A stretch of DNA of 63,902 nucleotides, filler included, from Octopus bimaculoides (taxonomy: Eukaryota): the NCBI RefSeq assembly GCF_001194135.2. It is 8 parts of 7 records of this genome, joined end to end, with 100 filler letters (N's around TTAATTAATTAA, not from the genome) between each part and the next. Parts side by side here need not be neighbours in the genome. Positions count along the whole stretch, not along the records: positions 62,475 to 63,902 come from NC_068996.1; 7 more parts are not named here. The stretch is one strand, 5' to 3'. Made by a program: the position numbers and the translations under genes. Of this stretch, positions 63,036 through 63,902 are shown piece by piece. The number at the start of each line of letters is the position of its first letter. The stretch's first letter is position 1. The notes under the pieces were generated by a model that saw only the letters and a list, made by a program, of their open reading frames with translations, was not told where the DNA came from and made no database searches.

Positions 63036-63856
63036 TTGATGATAATGATTAATATTATTAAATCTTCTTATTGTTCATCGTTTTCAGTCTTTCTTTTCTT
63101 CTCTTTACACTCACTTTTTTGTTATTATTACAGTGCAAAACGTTTTGGTGATTTCTTTTGTATGCTTTTACAGTCTGGTAAGAAAAATTGGCAAAAAAGT
63201 AGCATCAATAACAGTCTGTTTTGCTCCTCTGCAAATTTTACTGCCCTACTCTCGTTACTGTGTTCTATCTATCTTTATATTTGTCTCTCTCCGCGTTCTT
63301 TCTATTTGGCTCTCTCTCCTCCACTTCTCTATCTCTCTCTCTTATTCTATCCGTCTGTATGTTTGTCTATCTTTCTATCAATCAATTCAGTATATGTGTG
63401 TATGTATGTATGTATGTATGTATTTATGTATGTATATAAGTATGTATGTATGTATGTATGTATGTATGTATGTATGTATGTATGTATGTATGTATATAAC
63501 GTGAGCAAAGGTTACGTACGCCGCTATATGTATATATAAATATTTTAAAATGGAACAAAACACAATAGAGGACAATGAAACATCTGAACAGATAGACGAC
63601 ACAAAGGCAGACAGTAAAAACAACAATTTGAAAAAGACAGGAAAAAAAGGATGAGTCATTCGTGGCCATCTTTCATCAGTCAAGCTACCAGATGTCCTTA
63701 CACTTTCGGGCAGTTACATTTGAGACTGTTCAATTTGGTTGCCCCCCAAAAAATCTAAGCTAAGAGCATTCATTTTTGTAAGAAAGCTAGCGAATGTGTA
63801 CAACAATGACAAAAAACGGAGAATACGGTACACAATTACAAATACTAACAACAAGA

Positions 63857-63902
<46 letters not shown>

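Overview
AT-rich, microsatellite-dense eukaryotic DNA. About a tenth is N gaps, and there are seven artificial 44N-TTAATTAATTAA-44N joins, so adjacency across those points is uncertain. The SINE families, microsatellite load and element mix look like an octopod (Octopus-like) genome; this is inference from recalled repeat sequence, not a database hit. No prokaryotic features, CRISPR arrays, rRNA or true tRNA genes are present. The window is a graveyard of transposons: (1) about 9 Penelope-like (RT + GIY-YIG) fragments from at least 3 lineages, three of them in a back-to-back inverted architecture; (2) RTE, CR1, Tx1/L1, RLE (Hero-like) and a C2H2-tailed LINE fragment; (3) two mariner transposase relics, a mariner-type MITE, two palindromic MITEs, a FLYWCH/MULE relic, an internally deleted Helitron and a HINE-like element; (4) more than 25 tRNA-derived SINE copies from about 5 families. 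The only plausible host coding sequence is one phase 0-0, 363-nt candidate exon (33208-33570). The most interesting leads are hammerhead-ribozyme-like motifs in Penelope-associated repeats (including an AATT stem III variant inside a 1-kb inverted duplication), a LINE C-terminus with three tandem C2H2 fingers, a two-template chimeric insertion inside a mariner, and the recurring divergent Penelope architecture. None is proven to be a new system.
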